Of a stretch of DNA of 64,000 nt, positions 47,501 to 64,000 are shown in pieces. The position numbers and the translations under genes were made by a program. This stretch comes from Tubiluchus corallicola. Lineage: Eukaryota > Animalia > Priapulida. Every line of letters starts with the position of its first letter. The first letter of the stretch is position 1. Below the pieces are notes generated by a model. It was not told where the DNA came from and searched no databases. It worked only from the letters and a program-made list of their open reading frames with translations. Location: positions 496,001-560,000 of the forward strand of contig JAQGDQ010000040.1 in NCBI GenBank assembly GCA_030141605.1, given 5' to 3'.

Positions 47501-50500
47501 ATAATTGTGAAATTGTTCTGAATTTTTTGAAAAAGGCTGTTAATATTTTTTTCAATTTTCTTATAAAATATAATGCATTCAAAGGCACAACAATAACAAC
47601 AAGAATGAAATACAATAATAATGTAAACTATAGTGGAAGCATTATATTGTCACCACCATACTAATTATTTTTGAAAACATTTTTTCTTTTTACTCTTCAG
47701 CATTGCTTTGTAAGCATTTGGTCATCACATCACAGAAACTTATTCAAATAAAACGTGCCCTAAATGTAGCCAGTGTGGAAAATCCTAGAAAGTTTTACAA
47801 TTTTGCAAATGATGTAACATGACTAATATCAAGTATGTTCAGAGTACTGCTCACTGGTCATTGTTCGCTCCTGTTACATTCTGCAAACAGACACCCAAGT
47901 GCAAGTGAAATTACCTTGGCATGCTAATAATAGCCTGAGCTAACGTGCGGCAGGGTAGATCAACGTCACTGCTACGCTGAGTTGCTGTAGAAGCACAAAA
48001 CAAAATTTTATCCATAAGGTAGCGAAAAACTTCTTCAAAGACTGAAAATGAAGAATATAACTCAACTTTTTTCTTCTTATATAAATTACTTGTATGTTAG
48101 CCATTCCTTTTCCAATTTCATAAAATTTGGAGAGTGGAAAGTTTAGTTAATAAGACATTGTTTTTACACGTCACAGATGATGGGTATATATATGTGTGTG
48201 TGTGTGTGTACCTGTAAGGAATGAGTTAAATGAGTAAATATGGCTGATATCCATTCTACTGGTCAACATGCCAACAAAATTAGATGGTTTTTTGGTGGAT
48301 CAAATTTAAGTGCAGTAAGTTTGCAACCAATCTTCGTAGACAAATGTACATTAAGTATACGTACTGGTGTGATAAACATGTTTTCTACTGTATCACAGTG
48401 TACAAAGTCTGGCAAAGTCTAGTGATATCTGCTGAAGAATCTTTTTCTTCAAAAATACATCGTTGTCCAGCTGGTCAATGGCCATTTCCCGAGATATGCC
48501 ATTTTAAATGCCAATGAGCTTGCGAGTATTTCCAACTGCTTCAATTATGTCAGTTTTTATGAAAGTTTGATTAGTGGCCACAAACGTTTTTGCAGGTGCA
48601 AACGTGTCTACTATGAATTTGAAATGCAGATCGAATAACTAGTTGACACACACACAGATATATATATATCCACCATATAATGATCTTCAATGTAACAACG
48701 TCTTTATGGTGATTTCGTAATTTATTTTTCTAAAAGATATATATTTATGGGTTGCATCAACTTATGTTTATATATGTGTATGTATATACATATAGTGAGA
48801 GAGCTAAAATTCTTTGAGAAGCTAAACTGAGGCAAGTTCTCTGGTTAAATATAAAATGTGACTTTTGTGTATTCAGGCAAATTTTCCTCCTTCCATTTAC
48901 TACAAGATCTTCACTCATCGACCTGTAGTGGATGTTTGTGCTAGCAGCCCTCGTGACTATTACTCTGCTCAGCGACTTCAATGCAAATCTGAGTCCTTGT
49001 TCATACAAAACAAAGGTATGTAGAGTACACAATCAGTGAGATTAATGACTGTTGATAGCCTGGCTTGAATGGCAAATTAAGTTTAATTGCAGTTTTGATA
49101 ACAGCCAAATAGTGTCATTGTTCACCTAACGGTGACTAGGTCTCACTATTATATGTAGCTCTGAAGAAATATGTGACTTGTGAAAGTAGAATATATTTCT
49201 TTTTTATACAATTTGGAACACTGCAAGCCAGATTCCATAGACAGCAGCCAGCTGGCATCTTTATGTCATAGTCAAATTGTTTTAGTTATGACAAGACTGG
49301 TCCCTGATTCATTATAAAGGCAATACTTCTAAGATTAGCCACTAAATTTAAATGTGTATTGGCCACTTCAGATGTGATTATATCTTCTTTCTACAATTTA
49401 AACAGCCTGAATCAGTTCAGTGAAAAAAGCTGCCTAGAGCAAGTGTCTAAGCCGTCCGTCACTCACTAGTCATCCGTTTAGTGACTAGTTGCAACTCCAC
49501 TCTTAATTTCGTATACCAGGCATATCACAGCGCACTGGAATGCAAGCAATAGTGCTTTTTAGCTCAATCATATTTTGAACAAGGGGGCAGTGTTTATTTG
49601 CTTGACTTATTGTGAATAAATAGATTAAGCTAAGTGTTTTGTGCACTTTATTTTTCGAATAGCACATTACTATTTACATGCCGCTACTGCCTGTGTTCAG
49701 AAATTCTCTTTTATGCTGAAATGGTAGCTGACCTGGTTAAAATTTTAGCTCCACTTACCAGCAGTTGCATTTTAGTATGGCTGTACTTTAAATTTTGCAT
49801 GTTCATTTAAGACATTAAACATTTTATCAAACTTTGCTGCAGTTTTATTAAAAGTTAAATTTTGTTGCTGTTTATATTTAGATAATGTTTATAAAAGATA
49901 TGAGAATAATGGCTGGAGACCTATTGCACTTTCCTGTCCAAATGCACATTACAGACAAGACTATTTGATAACAGAAACTTCTCAACACAGAGCTGTCTTT
50001 CGTCATAGCAAGGCATGTAAGATACACCTTGTTATCATAGTTTCTTGCATTCTTTACTGAAAGCTTTTTTCAGAAGCTGAATAATTTGGATTGTAAGTAA
50101 AATGATTCCAGATCTAAAGAATTAAAAATTCATCCCGAAACCGATGTCTCGTGCATAGTCATTAGTCAATACTGAGCTTATAATTACAACAAAACTTTTG
50201 ATGAAATTGAAATGATGGTTCAAACTCAGTTTAGAATTAGAGCACAGGCTGTAACATACCGAGTGTCAACTAATAAAAGTAAAATATTACCAGCTCTTGA
50301 GAAAGTAATTAAGCAAATGGTTATGTGTAGGAGGACATGGACGGCATAACAGGAAGACCCGCCAAATTGTGCCTGGTAAACATTTTTAGACCTACTTTTG
50401 TGCAGGACAGTACGTAGTGAATGAACTAGTGTAATGAGCAGTTTTCCGGTGCTCTATGATAGCCAATGTCTAATGCCCAAATGAGGGACAGCATCATTTA

Positions 50501-52816
50501 TCAAATGAATGATAATTTATTTTGTGAGACCTGTTGAAAATCTCTTCATCCTCTTTTTCAGTTTTGGTGGTGGGGAGCTATGATCACCAAGAATGCAAAA
50601 TATAATAAAAGATAATTAATCAATTTCTAATGTATGAAATATGCATATTTGTAGAGTTTATTGTGCTGAATAGTGCATTAATTATTGTCAGCAGTTGTTA
50701 ACAAAAAAGTGCTTTGGTGGAAGCATCTTTGCTGCAAGTAAAATATATAATGCATTTTAATATAATGGTTCTTACATTATATCTTGTTTTTCCTCTTTTT
50801 GCTGCAGTAATATACCGTGGCTAATTGGATTTTTGGAGGGTGAGGGTGGCGTCATTTATTGGAATGTTATGAGTGTGGCCTTTTTTTCAGTGATAGCTTC
50901 TTCAGATTTTGGCCAGTTAAATGAAGTAATACAGAAACACTAGCACAGGTTTTACTAAATGACACCCCCCAACTATTTTTTGAAAGGGATGGAACTCACT
51001 GGTGACAAATAAATTTGGATCTTTATATGCCGTTTTACTTAATGCGTTTTAGGTAGACATATATTCTTGTAAAAACAAATCAAAATAGCCTGCCTCAAAT
51101 TACACAGAAAACTAATAGAAAATATTTTGCATGATGTACGTAAACTGCACTGATGTACACTTTTATAATAAAGTGCAATTGGTGAAGAAGATAATTGGAA
51201 TCCTTTTATTTAAATTTTGAAAAATACTGTCGTTTTATTTAAGATAAGCAGTTTAATTTAAATTAAAATCAACAATTTTTGTGGTGGTTGGGGTTAACTT
51301 CTCTTCCTCATATAGGGACTGCTAGGATTGGAGGGATCTAGCATGGGATCTATTGCTAGTAATATTAGTTTTAAATTTCGAACTTATAAAAAAGTTAAAA
51401 TTAAATACAGTACTTCACGTATTAGCTGGTTCAGTTATGTTTGCTGTTTAGATAGTTCTGTACTGATGCTGTTTTAGATAACTCGTCGAGAAGATGTTTT
51501 ACGTAGGCAGAAACGAAGAAAGATTCAGTGGTTAACAAAACTGTGAGTTCACCTCATTTCTATTTTTCTGATAACAGCTGTGACTTAATTTTTAGAGTGA
51601 GAATTCTATGTCATAATAATATGCATAAAATACAAACAAACTATAGATTTAATAGTTTTTTTTTGTTGGAAAATTGTGTTTTTGTTTTGTTTTAATGTAG
51701 AAGATTTGTGCCATTCTGTAGTTCTGCACCAACTTTTTAAATAAATATTATTAAAATAACTCAAAATAGAGTAAACGTTAACTTCTTCCCCCCCTCCCAT
51801 TATGTATGTCCCTTTCAGACCGATCCCTGATGAAGACTTATTGCCTAACTCCCATTCACTGTCATTATCTCCCTATATTCTGCCTTATTAATTCAAACAC
51901 AACCAAAAACATTGTCACTAAAATTATCATATATGAGATTTGTCGTTAAGATCACTCAACGAGTTTAGTTTTTTCACATCAACTGAAACAAATTATGCAT
52001 TTAAGTTTGTTTGAAGCAAGTTAATATACTATCAAAGTTAGTGAAACCTTGTAGGTTCACTCAGCTCCCATTGTTCTGGAAATACATGCTGACTATCTAT
52101 CCTGTTGGACCGGTTAAAAACTATTCTCTTGATTGATTGCATTAATTGAGCACATGCACTTTTGTGTTTTAGTCACTCTTTATTTTTACAATTGATCAAT
52201 CGACCGATTTTTTCTGACTACAATCTAGAATGTCTTTTTCTGCTTCTCTAGATACAATGCAGGCAGGCTGGACACAGAATTGAAGTCCATGGAGCCTTCA
52301 ATGCTAGATACAGCCGCCTCTAACTTGTTACACCAAGTACTTTCCAATACATTAACTGGTTCAACTGAATTAGATGCAGAAGTTGATGAGTTGTTAGAGT
52401 GGACATCTGGACTCAATTACGAAGAGTAGGTGCTTTCACAACATACATGATGTTTGATGTCATCGATGCATAACTTATCAGCAAAATTATTGCTATGCTT
52501 ATGTTAAATATTGAAAAATTTTGATAGATGCAGTTAACAAGTAACATATTATTTTGACTTAACAGGTAGACTTTTAGAATTAACTACTTTATTCTTTAAA
52601 GTGACTAATAATAATTTATAATATCATTAGTTATACAGAGTACTGGGCACAACTCGGAACAACAGAACCATCTGAAGTTAATGCAGGTATATTCTTAATT
52701 AGCATGTTTATGTAATTAACTAATTTATTTTGTTGTTTTGTGGTAAATATATCCTTACAGTGTTTCAAGTCGCAGAGGTACAAGTGGGAAATTTGCCAGG
52801 GTCACATAGAAAGTAA
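38554..52816 (+). CDS. C11orf65: C11orf65/MFI-like IQ-motif protein, about 13 coding exons, about 615 aa (5' exons and terminus less certain)
   Basis: Phase-consistent exons: 38554-38620, 41570-41607, 42006-42097, 43893-43992, 44444-44517, 44951-45659, 46111-46257, 48877-49015, 49882-50012, 51478-51542, 52252-52425, 52631-52686, 52761-52816. Diagnostic segments: INPNEASLFDAAAGIHVRFRLAG-ANFPPSIYYKIFTHRPVVDVCASSPRDY, YENNGWRP, KRRKIQWL and EVDELLEWTSGLNYEDY. Confidence 0.82.
39750..40709 (-). CDS. Intronless class A (rhodopsin-like) GPCR, MECA-cluster-like orphan, 319 aa
   Basis: Seven hydrophobic segments; LSMAD (TM2), TAERY (TM3), CWMP (TM6), NSVINIFVYA (TM7), KEFRK helix 8; very short N-terminus with an NLT sequon. 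Confidence 0.9.
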   Translation of the reverse strand: MNNLTINIWCRTELIEEKIIVVIYELLGPIIILSNAFVIVVIFCDKKLHKIPYYYIGSLSMADCLVGFGIILRLLTLISESFCTPDMCHASAILSGVSFRLSVLVYLAVTAERYISIRYALSYTRVMTTKRVWISIYSTFTFGILHFVISYSLYRLDFADGYYMEHCNFFVPLRYERIVGITSGVIILVFALPLGAYFYISIGKTALHHAKAIANIQQGNVNDNYKKLFKRKLHLTKTMGISFLTLIICWMPIIPYSLAHSACLRQNNMLCDKLDIHSEWIPLLASLNSVINIFVYAARLKEFRKGITNLKDQVTNTLR

Positions 52817-55800
52817 TAAATATATGTTCTGCTGACTATGCACATGTTCCCAGTGACATCTCGCACGTAGACAAAACCACAATGTTTGTTTAGCCTTGTG
52901 CTTTTGTTTTCACACAAAATAAAATGGAAATGAAATTGTAACAGGGTGTATGTATCTCTGAATGCATTAGATAAACTGAATTTGAATTTGAGTTTTTGCA
53001 CCATGTTGTGATTGCTGCTGTTTCCATTCAGTTTGTACTTGTTAGTTGTTTTTAATGAATAATTTCACAATTATGAAGAGAGAGGTCATGTGGTTTCAAA
53101 CTACCTGTGTGATTTAGTATTAAGAAATAATTGTTTAAATTTTATATTGTGTGGCTTCCTAGTGTTTTTTGATATTTTCATTCCCATTACTGAATTACCA
53201 CATTTTTTATAAAGTGAAAGAATAAACGTTAAATCAAAAAGCTTAGAACCACCACAATTAGCATTACTGATTTTTTTACAACTCAACTTCTATTTACACG
53301 ACATTGATTTTTTTTTTCTAGAGCTGAGGAGGTTCAGGTCATCAAATAAGCATCTGCAAGCAGCTTTTTAATGAAATTTTCTTGAATCAAATCTTTATGC
53401 TCACTTTGCTTCTAGTCAACACATGCCATCTTGCACTTAAAATTGGTTTGTTTTACTCTTGTAAATTTTTATTTCATTATTTATTCATTTATGTAATTAC
53501 TTGTTACCAGCCTGGCATATTCTATTCTACTTTTTTATCATCGTTATATATTATTGAAATTAAAATAGTAATAGTACAGACACTAAGTTAAACTAAAGAT
53601 AATATATTTTAAAGAAAATAATTTATTTGTAACTAATAAATAACTTGACGTAATACGATTTTTGTTTTTGTTTAAAGTAATAATAATATGTCCAAATCTT
53701 GCATCATTAACAGGTCTACATTTGCACAACCTAAAAAAATCTTATACATTTACATAGGCCTATACATGACATTTACACATGTACAAAATTTGAGAGCTAC
53801 TCTTACAATTACTAGAAAACATTAGCAAAATTACTTAACAGAAGCACACCTATGTGCACTGGAACCAAGAGAACCACATTACTTAATTTGTACTGAACGT
53901 ATAGTTGAACGTGCATATACAACAGTAAATCTGTGAATAAAACTGGAAATTGTCTTGCAAAATAGTGTTGAGTCCGACGCCTCGATTTCAATTTTAATAT
54001 GATTGACATAATCATGCATGCTCTAAGTTCGTCCATTTTTTCAAAAATGGGCTCACAGCGGCTTGCCTTTATCGCAAGAAAATTGCTGTGAAACTCGGCT
54101 TTAAACAACTTGAAACGAGTTCTATCAGATAAATGGCGCTATAACTAATCATAATGTAATTTCATTGAAGTAGTTAAGATAATGGCCAAAATTAATAAAT
54201 TTGTTTGTGGGTCGTTTGCTGACTGCCGCCATGCTGCTTCGTTAAGCTGTATTACCATTTTCAAATGCTATCTTCTGTTAATTTCTTTAACAGCCTTTGT
54301 TTTTTGGTTATAAACATTTATTTAGACTTTTTCTCTGAGCGAATTTATGGCCCAGCCGTCGTTAGACTGAAAATTTTTTGAGGTCAGTGAACAAAGCGAA
54401 GAAAAGTACAGATTAAATCTTGAAATTTTTAAGGAAACACTCTTTCTTAACTAATCAATACACCTATACTATAGTAACTGACTTTATCAGAAATATTTCA
54501 GGCATTGGTTGCAGGGTATAACCTTGTGAATCTGTTGGGTTAACCAGATTGACTCGGTTATCCTTTGCTGATTAGTTTATATTTACAAATTAGTTAAGCT
54601 CGTTTTTTTTTCTGAAAAATTGGTGATCGGTAAAATTTTGACAAAAAATCGTCATCAACTCAGTCATTCACTAAAAACTGATCATCCCAACACTACTGCA
54701 AAAACTGTCACTCAGTGAAATGAGCCTTAGAAGTGAAATGAAATGCAGCTGACAGTGCTGCTACATCATTTTTTACAAAAACGTTTATATGATTGCTTCA
54801 AAAAAGGTTATGGTGATGCCTCAGTATTTCTTGGTGGATGATGCACTAATGTTTTATGCACCAGTTAGGCCAGTGGACTACTCATGGGGTGACTAATGTC
54901 CAATGAAATGTACATTACTAAAGTATCTAGACTACTATTCCATTGCTTTATCTTGGAGGTGACGTATAGCCCCCTAATAGCCATCTGTAGACTCATTGAT
55001 TTGTACAGAATTGAGAAACTTGGACAGTCTTTTGATAAATTACTGAACTGAATGGCATATTGCAAAAAATTAAAGTTTTTAGTCATTTATTTTCATTAGA
55101 TTTACCTGCAATTTTTGTACCTTCGTTGGATATTTGCCGCTTCATTTAATTGACATCAAGCATATTGGCCTATCGCTTTGCCTCCACTGTGACGTGAGTA
55201 CAGCCAGTAGCATTCAGGACAGCAGCTCACGCTGGATATGTTTTTAGTAAACAACATGACAACTAATGTCTAATCAGCAGATAAACTGATTGTGCCTTTT
55301 CATACACACAAATTTGCAGAGCAGCAGTTGTTTTTGCACGAAATTAACACTTCAAGTAGTCAAAAAATGACTTTTCAATTTAAACAGAATATAGAGATGA
55401 AGTGTCAAAGCACTACAAACTGCAGAGACATAAGTATGATTACAAAGAAACTAAGCCAGTTACTCTTGCTTTAAAATTAATAAGCAAAAAAATATGAAGG
55501 CTCTCTTACCTTTGAATATACGAACAAATCATGCCTGCGATGTATTTTTTCTATATTTAACTGATCATGTGCTTGTCTGCTAGATTTATGGAGTTTTTGC
55601 ATTTTTCCGCTTTGTTAGGCTATGGAAATGGAGAAAATTTTATTGTTCCAGTCCCTAGACAACCCTTATATCGACTGCCGAGTTTACATAAATTCTAATG
55701 GCATCTTTTAACCATATTTATAACGCAAAAAATAACGTGAAATTAACTAAAATTACTTGATATATAATAATAATAAATAAATTTTGACCACATTTGAATT

Positions 55801-56969
55801 AATTTAAACCGTGAATATCTCATTGTGGTCTATAAAAACTGGCCATAAAAGAAAACATTTTGCCTGAAGATTTCTGAAAACATTTTGCCATATGGGGTTT
55901 CTACAAGTGTACTCGCTCATTCGTAATCATAACAGTTCAGCTCTGCTACTAGGCCTCAGCTATTGCTGACCAAGACTGACTAACTTATTCTCTATAACCT
56001 GCACAAACCTACTCAGAGGTGCGCAGGCTGTTATTTTTGCATGCATGTTAACTTTGAATCATTTATACCTGCTAACTCGGGCTTCAATGATGGTTCTAAA
56101 TTTCTTCTCAACTTTGTTCAGGTACACCATGTGACGTTTGCAAACGTTAAAGCAGCGTCATATGATCAGCCTAACCTTGTTAGGTTAATTTGTCCTTTTT
56201 TAAAATTAATCAAACAGTTGTTTTTATCTAACTTACAAAGTCATAAACTAAATTGTGTATTTTATTGATAGCAAAACAGTAATCAGCAACTCATAGACGT
56301 AAGCGTTGTGCATTTCTTCCTATAATAAACGAAACAAGACTATAATTTATCTTTCTGTTAATTCATTTGGAATTTCAATCGACAATAACAAAATCTAGAA
56401 CCAGGCCAATGTTTTTCCCGCTAACTAATGAAAAGTCAAGCATTTTTCATAACAGTATTAAATACCGGGCAATATACAGTAGCAGCTAAATTACCCGAAA
56501 GCACTGACATTAATTAAGATCTGCAAAGCTGTGAAAAATCTTGGGCAGTCAACGAGAATGATTGTTGTTATGCTTGACATAAATTGGCATAAACAGTGTT
56601 TACTTCGCAGGAGGTCTCCCTATCTAGTGGCTGAAGCAGGAGACGGATGGTCTAACTGCCACAATTATGTAGCTCCACAATTTTTTAGAAGATGAGGTAA
56701 AACAATAACGGATTAGCTCATAGCTACCATTATTCACAAATGTTCAATATGCACATTAAGCCAACACCACAAAGGCTAGTCATTAAACTAAGGAATGTAT
56801 CATGAAAAGTCATAGATGGCCTGCCTATATAATAATCTCTGTCTATACATAACATAATTAGTTTGCAAATTAACTTAAATAAGTAATTGTGATGACATAC
56901 TACAGTGATCAGATTTAGCATAAAACAGGAAGTAACATTCAAAATTAGAGACTCGCTGTGTTGTTTATT

Positions 56970-58534
56970 TTAAATAAAACTGTTTGGCATCTGCTTGTGA
57001 ATAAACTTTATCATTGCATCCCGTGACAGTTTAGACTCATCGTGTGGCTGATCGTCTAACAACTTCACTCCATTTTCCCACTGCCAATGCAATTGCTCTT
57101 CTAAACAATCTCTGCATATTAATAAACAAATTGTAACATTAGATCGAGTGAGTTCGTGTTCGGAAGAATTTATGTTTCACTCTTCATTTCACCCATGATA
57201 ATTATGCATGTAATGTTCTAATTTATTAGTTATCTGTAACTGTAACAGAACGTTATAAGTCACTACAATACACTAAGCAGACAGTAGGCTTGTTGCTCAA
57301 CTTGGCAAATATGATAGATAACGAAAATATTATTAAAATGTGTATTATTTTGTACTTTAGTAACAATCAACCCTAATTACTTTTTTAAATTATTTTTAAG
57401 TTATTTTTTAAATGCTGTACCTGAAAGGAAAAACACTGGCATTTAATTTTGCAAAAGAAAATTATAAAAACATGGCAAAGAAATATTTAATTGCATTTTA
57501 TAGATTTTGTATCAGTACAGAAAGTTGATTGTTATCAGTCCAACAACAAAAATAGTGAACAAGATCAAATGATCACCAACACTTTAGAACAGCACATTTC
57601 ATATCAAGCAAAAACTTATTTTTACTGCATGTGAACTGAGATATGCCTGGAGATTTTGATATTACTCTTGTAAAATATGAATTACTGAACTACGCTGAAT
57701 ATTTTTCCATAAGATTCACACAAAAATAAGTTCTTATCAGAACTTTTATTGATTTTTTTGTCTAGAAAAACCAGGCAGATAATTTATTAATTGTATGGAA
57801 AAATATTCTTTACTAGAGTATAATTCTAAAATAACAAAAGTTTTTGTTATTGTAATGGGACTAAGCTTCTAGAATGGAATTCTAGGGGGAATGCTTCTAG
57901 AGACTTTAGCAAATGTCTAAAAACGAAATCTTACACCATATCTAAATGATATATCAAAAATTAGAAATTGTGGGAAATAATTACTTGAAACTGCAAAATG
58001 ACTCTTTCGGGAAATCAAATTGCGATTCTCTTGTTTTCTTATTAAACACATATTTTCTTCTTGCACCTTTGCTCCAATGAATAGACCAAGGACCTGAATA
58101 TTTAAAAAACAAATCAATATTATAACAAGATCAAATATAAAACTATTATTCTGGCAAAACAAGTTACTCTGACTTTATTTATGCTTATTAACAAATAGTT
58201 GAAGCAAGTAAATGAATTAGCTATCGATTTTTTTTCATCTAGAGTTGATGGATATAAAAAACCTATAGAGCACCATACTTCTCCTATTGAGAAATACCTC
58301 AAAGTCAATTATTGTTATGTCAGCAATTTAATAGTATACAATGGGGAATTGCATAAGTACACTAAAGTGGTAGAAACTATTGGACATGTTACGACTCAAA
58401 ACAAAAGTATGAAAGCAGTACCTTTAACAATTTTAATGAAAGTAACACCAGTTGGATTAAAGTACCAATCCTCTTCTGTCTGATAGCATAGTCTTGGCCT
58501 GCCACCTGAACCTTTCATTGTTCTCATACTTAAC
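56970..58534 (-). CDS. CMTR1: Cap-specific mRNA 2'-O-methyltransferase 1, last three coding exons (WW-domain region)
   Basis: Exons 58422-58534, 57985-58093 and 56970-57111 with GT-AG sites and matching phases give LSMRTMKGSGGRPRLCYQTEEDWYFNPTGVTFIKIVKGPWSIHWSKGARRKYVFNKKTRESQFDFPKESFCSFKDCLEEQLHWQWENGVKLLDDQPHDESKLSRDAMIKFIHKQMPNSFI*. This is collinear with the recalled human CMTR1 C-terminus (..KGSSGTPKLSY..PWTMGFSKS..FYNKKTK..LFWEWGDG..KLSKEDVLSFI). AATAAA follows the stop. Confidence 0.85.
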
Positions 58535-59840
58535 CTTTTAAATGATAAATAAAAAACAGATAAAAGGGGAAAGTACTGATTTTTCAAATGCTGAACATCT
58601 ATTATGGTGACCAGTAAAATGGTAATAAGATGCATTGAAAGCTTAGATTCTCCAGAAATTTTCTAAAACAATGAGAATGTCGTTAAGATCTTTGGTAAAA
58701 CAATGCACTAATATCAAGACAAGATCTTTAAGAACCATGAATAAGAAAAACTCTAAGACTACTTCTCTCTGCTTACAAATAGCAAGTGCAAGCCATTATT
58801 TTGAAATGGGAGTTTTAGTGTTGCAGTAGCTTAATGTCGCTGTACTGCTGCTTTCAGTCATTAAAATGCATCACCACATCTTATACTGCTTTGAAGTTAA
58901 CCTCAAATGATCATATTTGACCGCATGCAAAAATCTGACATATGTATAATACAATGACTCACAGTTCAAAATAGAGCTAACATTACATGTGCATAGTTGT
59001 TTGGCTCCAATAAATCACCCCAACTTTAGAACTCTAGTTATTTTTACTTATTTTTGTAAAGAAAGGCCTAATCATGCCTATGAGATGTAAAAGAAAAACT
59101 TCCAGGATGTTTGTGTCTTTGTGAAGCACAAATTTGTTTTACACTTTGACAGTTTTTTGCTTCATAATAACGATATGCAAAGGAAGAAAAATTTACTGAT
59201 TTATAGAATACACCTGGCCACAGTCAAAACCTATAGTGACTGAGATGAGAATTTAATAGTCATCTCTGAGCTATATGTCGTAATTTTTTCTAAACTTACA
59301 AGAAGCGTCAGTACTTAAAGGGAAACTGCTTTGGCCATATCAGATAACAAATGTGTTAATAGCAGATGGTAAATACACGCAACTAACAGCTTTGAAATCT
59401 CTGAAGCTTTGAATCTAAAAGTCTCAGACACTCAATAAAGCAAAAACAAATATTACAACTAAAGGGACTTTAAAATAATTTGTTAAGGCTTTCTGCTCCC
59501 ACAAATTTCTTCTTGCCTTCTTAGTATTTGCAAATTCCGACATTCAAGTGTACATTTTGCATCATGCACAAGTGTACAGCTTGCATTTTACTACTCCTGT
59601 GTAATCAAAATCAAACAAGTACTAGAGTACTAGACGTCCCATTCTGAGATGAAAAAATTAAAAACAGCAATAACTCGTTAATAATACTGAAAATTTATTA
59701 ATGTTTCATATTACTGTAATTCACATTAGTGCAATTTAACTTCAGCAATTGAATCATGTTTAACAATTCGGGTGAAGGCAATTTAGAATTTTACACAGCA
59801 GGAAAACACGTCAACAGAATCAATGTTAGCATTAAAGACA

Positions 59841-64000
<4,160 letters not shown>

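Noticed and set aside
46400-48640. Several MITE-like segments in MFI introns
   Set aside because: Termini too degenerate to fix boundaries or family by eye.
53400-56960. Possible additional gene between the MFI-like gene and CMTR1
   Set aside because: Only short ORFs without motifs and no phase-consistent exon chain; likely UTRs and repeats.
58535-59840. Candidate upstream CMTR1 exons at minus-strand donors near 58776, 58901, 59213 and 59298
   Set aside because: None translates to CMTR1-like sequence in the required phase.

Overview
AT-rich, intron-containing genomic DNA from an invertebrate animal; not prokaryotic. I assembled gene models by hand from splice sites and recalled orthologue sequences; no database searches were run. 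Left to right: the 3' end of NOL6 (+); a 21-coding-exon HACE1 ankyrin-HECT E3 ligase (-); LINE and DNA-transposon remnants; POLDIP3/SKAR (-, uninterrupted CDS) head-to-head with a multi-exon C11orf65/MFI-like IQ gene (+) across a perfect RFX X-box; the last three exons of CMTR1 (-), largely missed by the ORF track; and an animal alpha-amylase (-) running off the window end. HACE1 carries a young full-length Gmr1-like Ty3/gypsy LTR retrotransposon (PR-INT-RT-RH order) inserted exactly into a splice donor, which its 5-bp TSD duplicates. The MFI-like gene hosts an antisense intronless class A GPCR in an intron. Most notable: the amylase appears to lie inside a CMTR1 intron on the same strand, the LTR insertion preserves and duplicates a 5' splice site, and two introns need GC donors.
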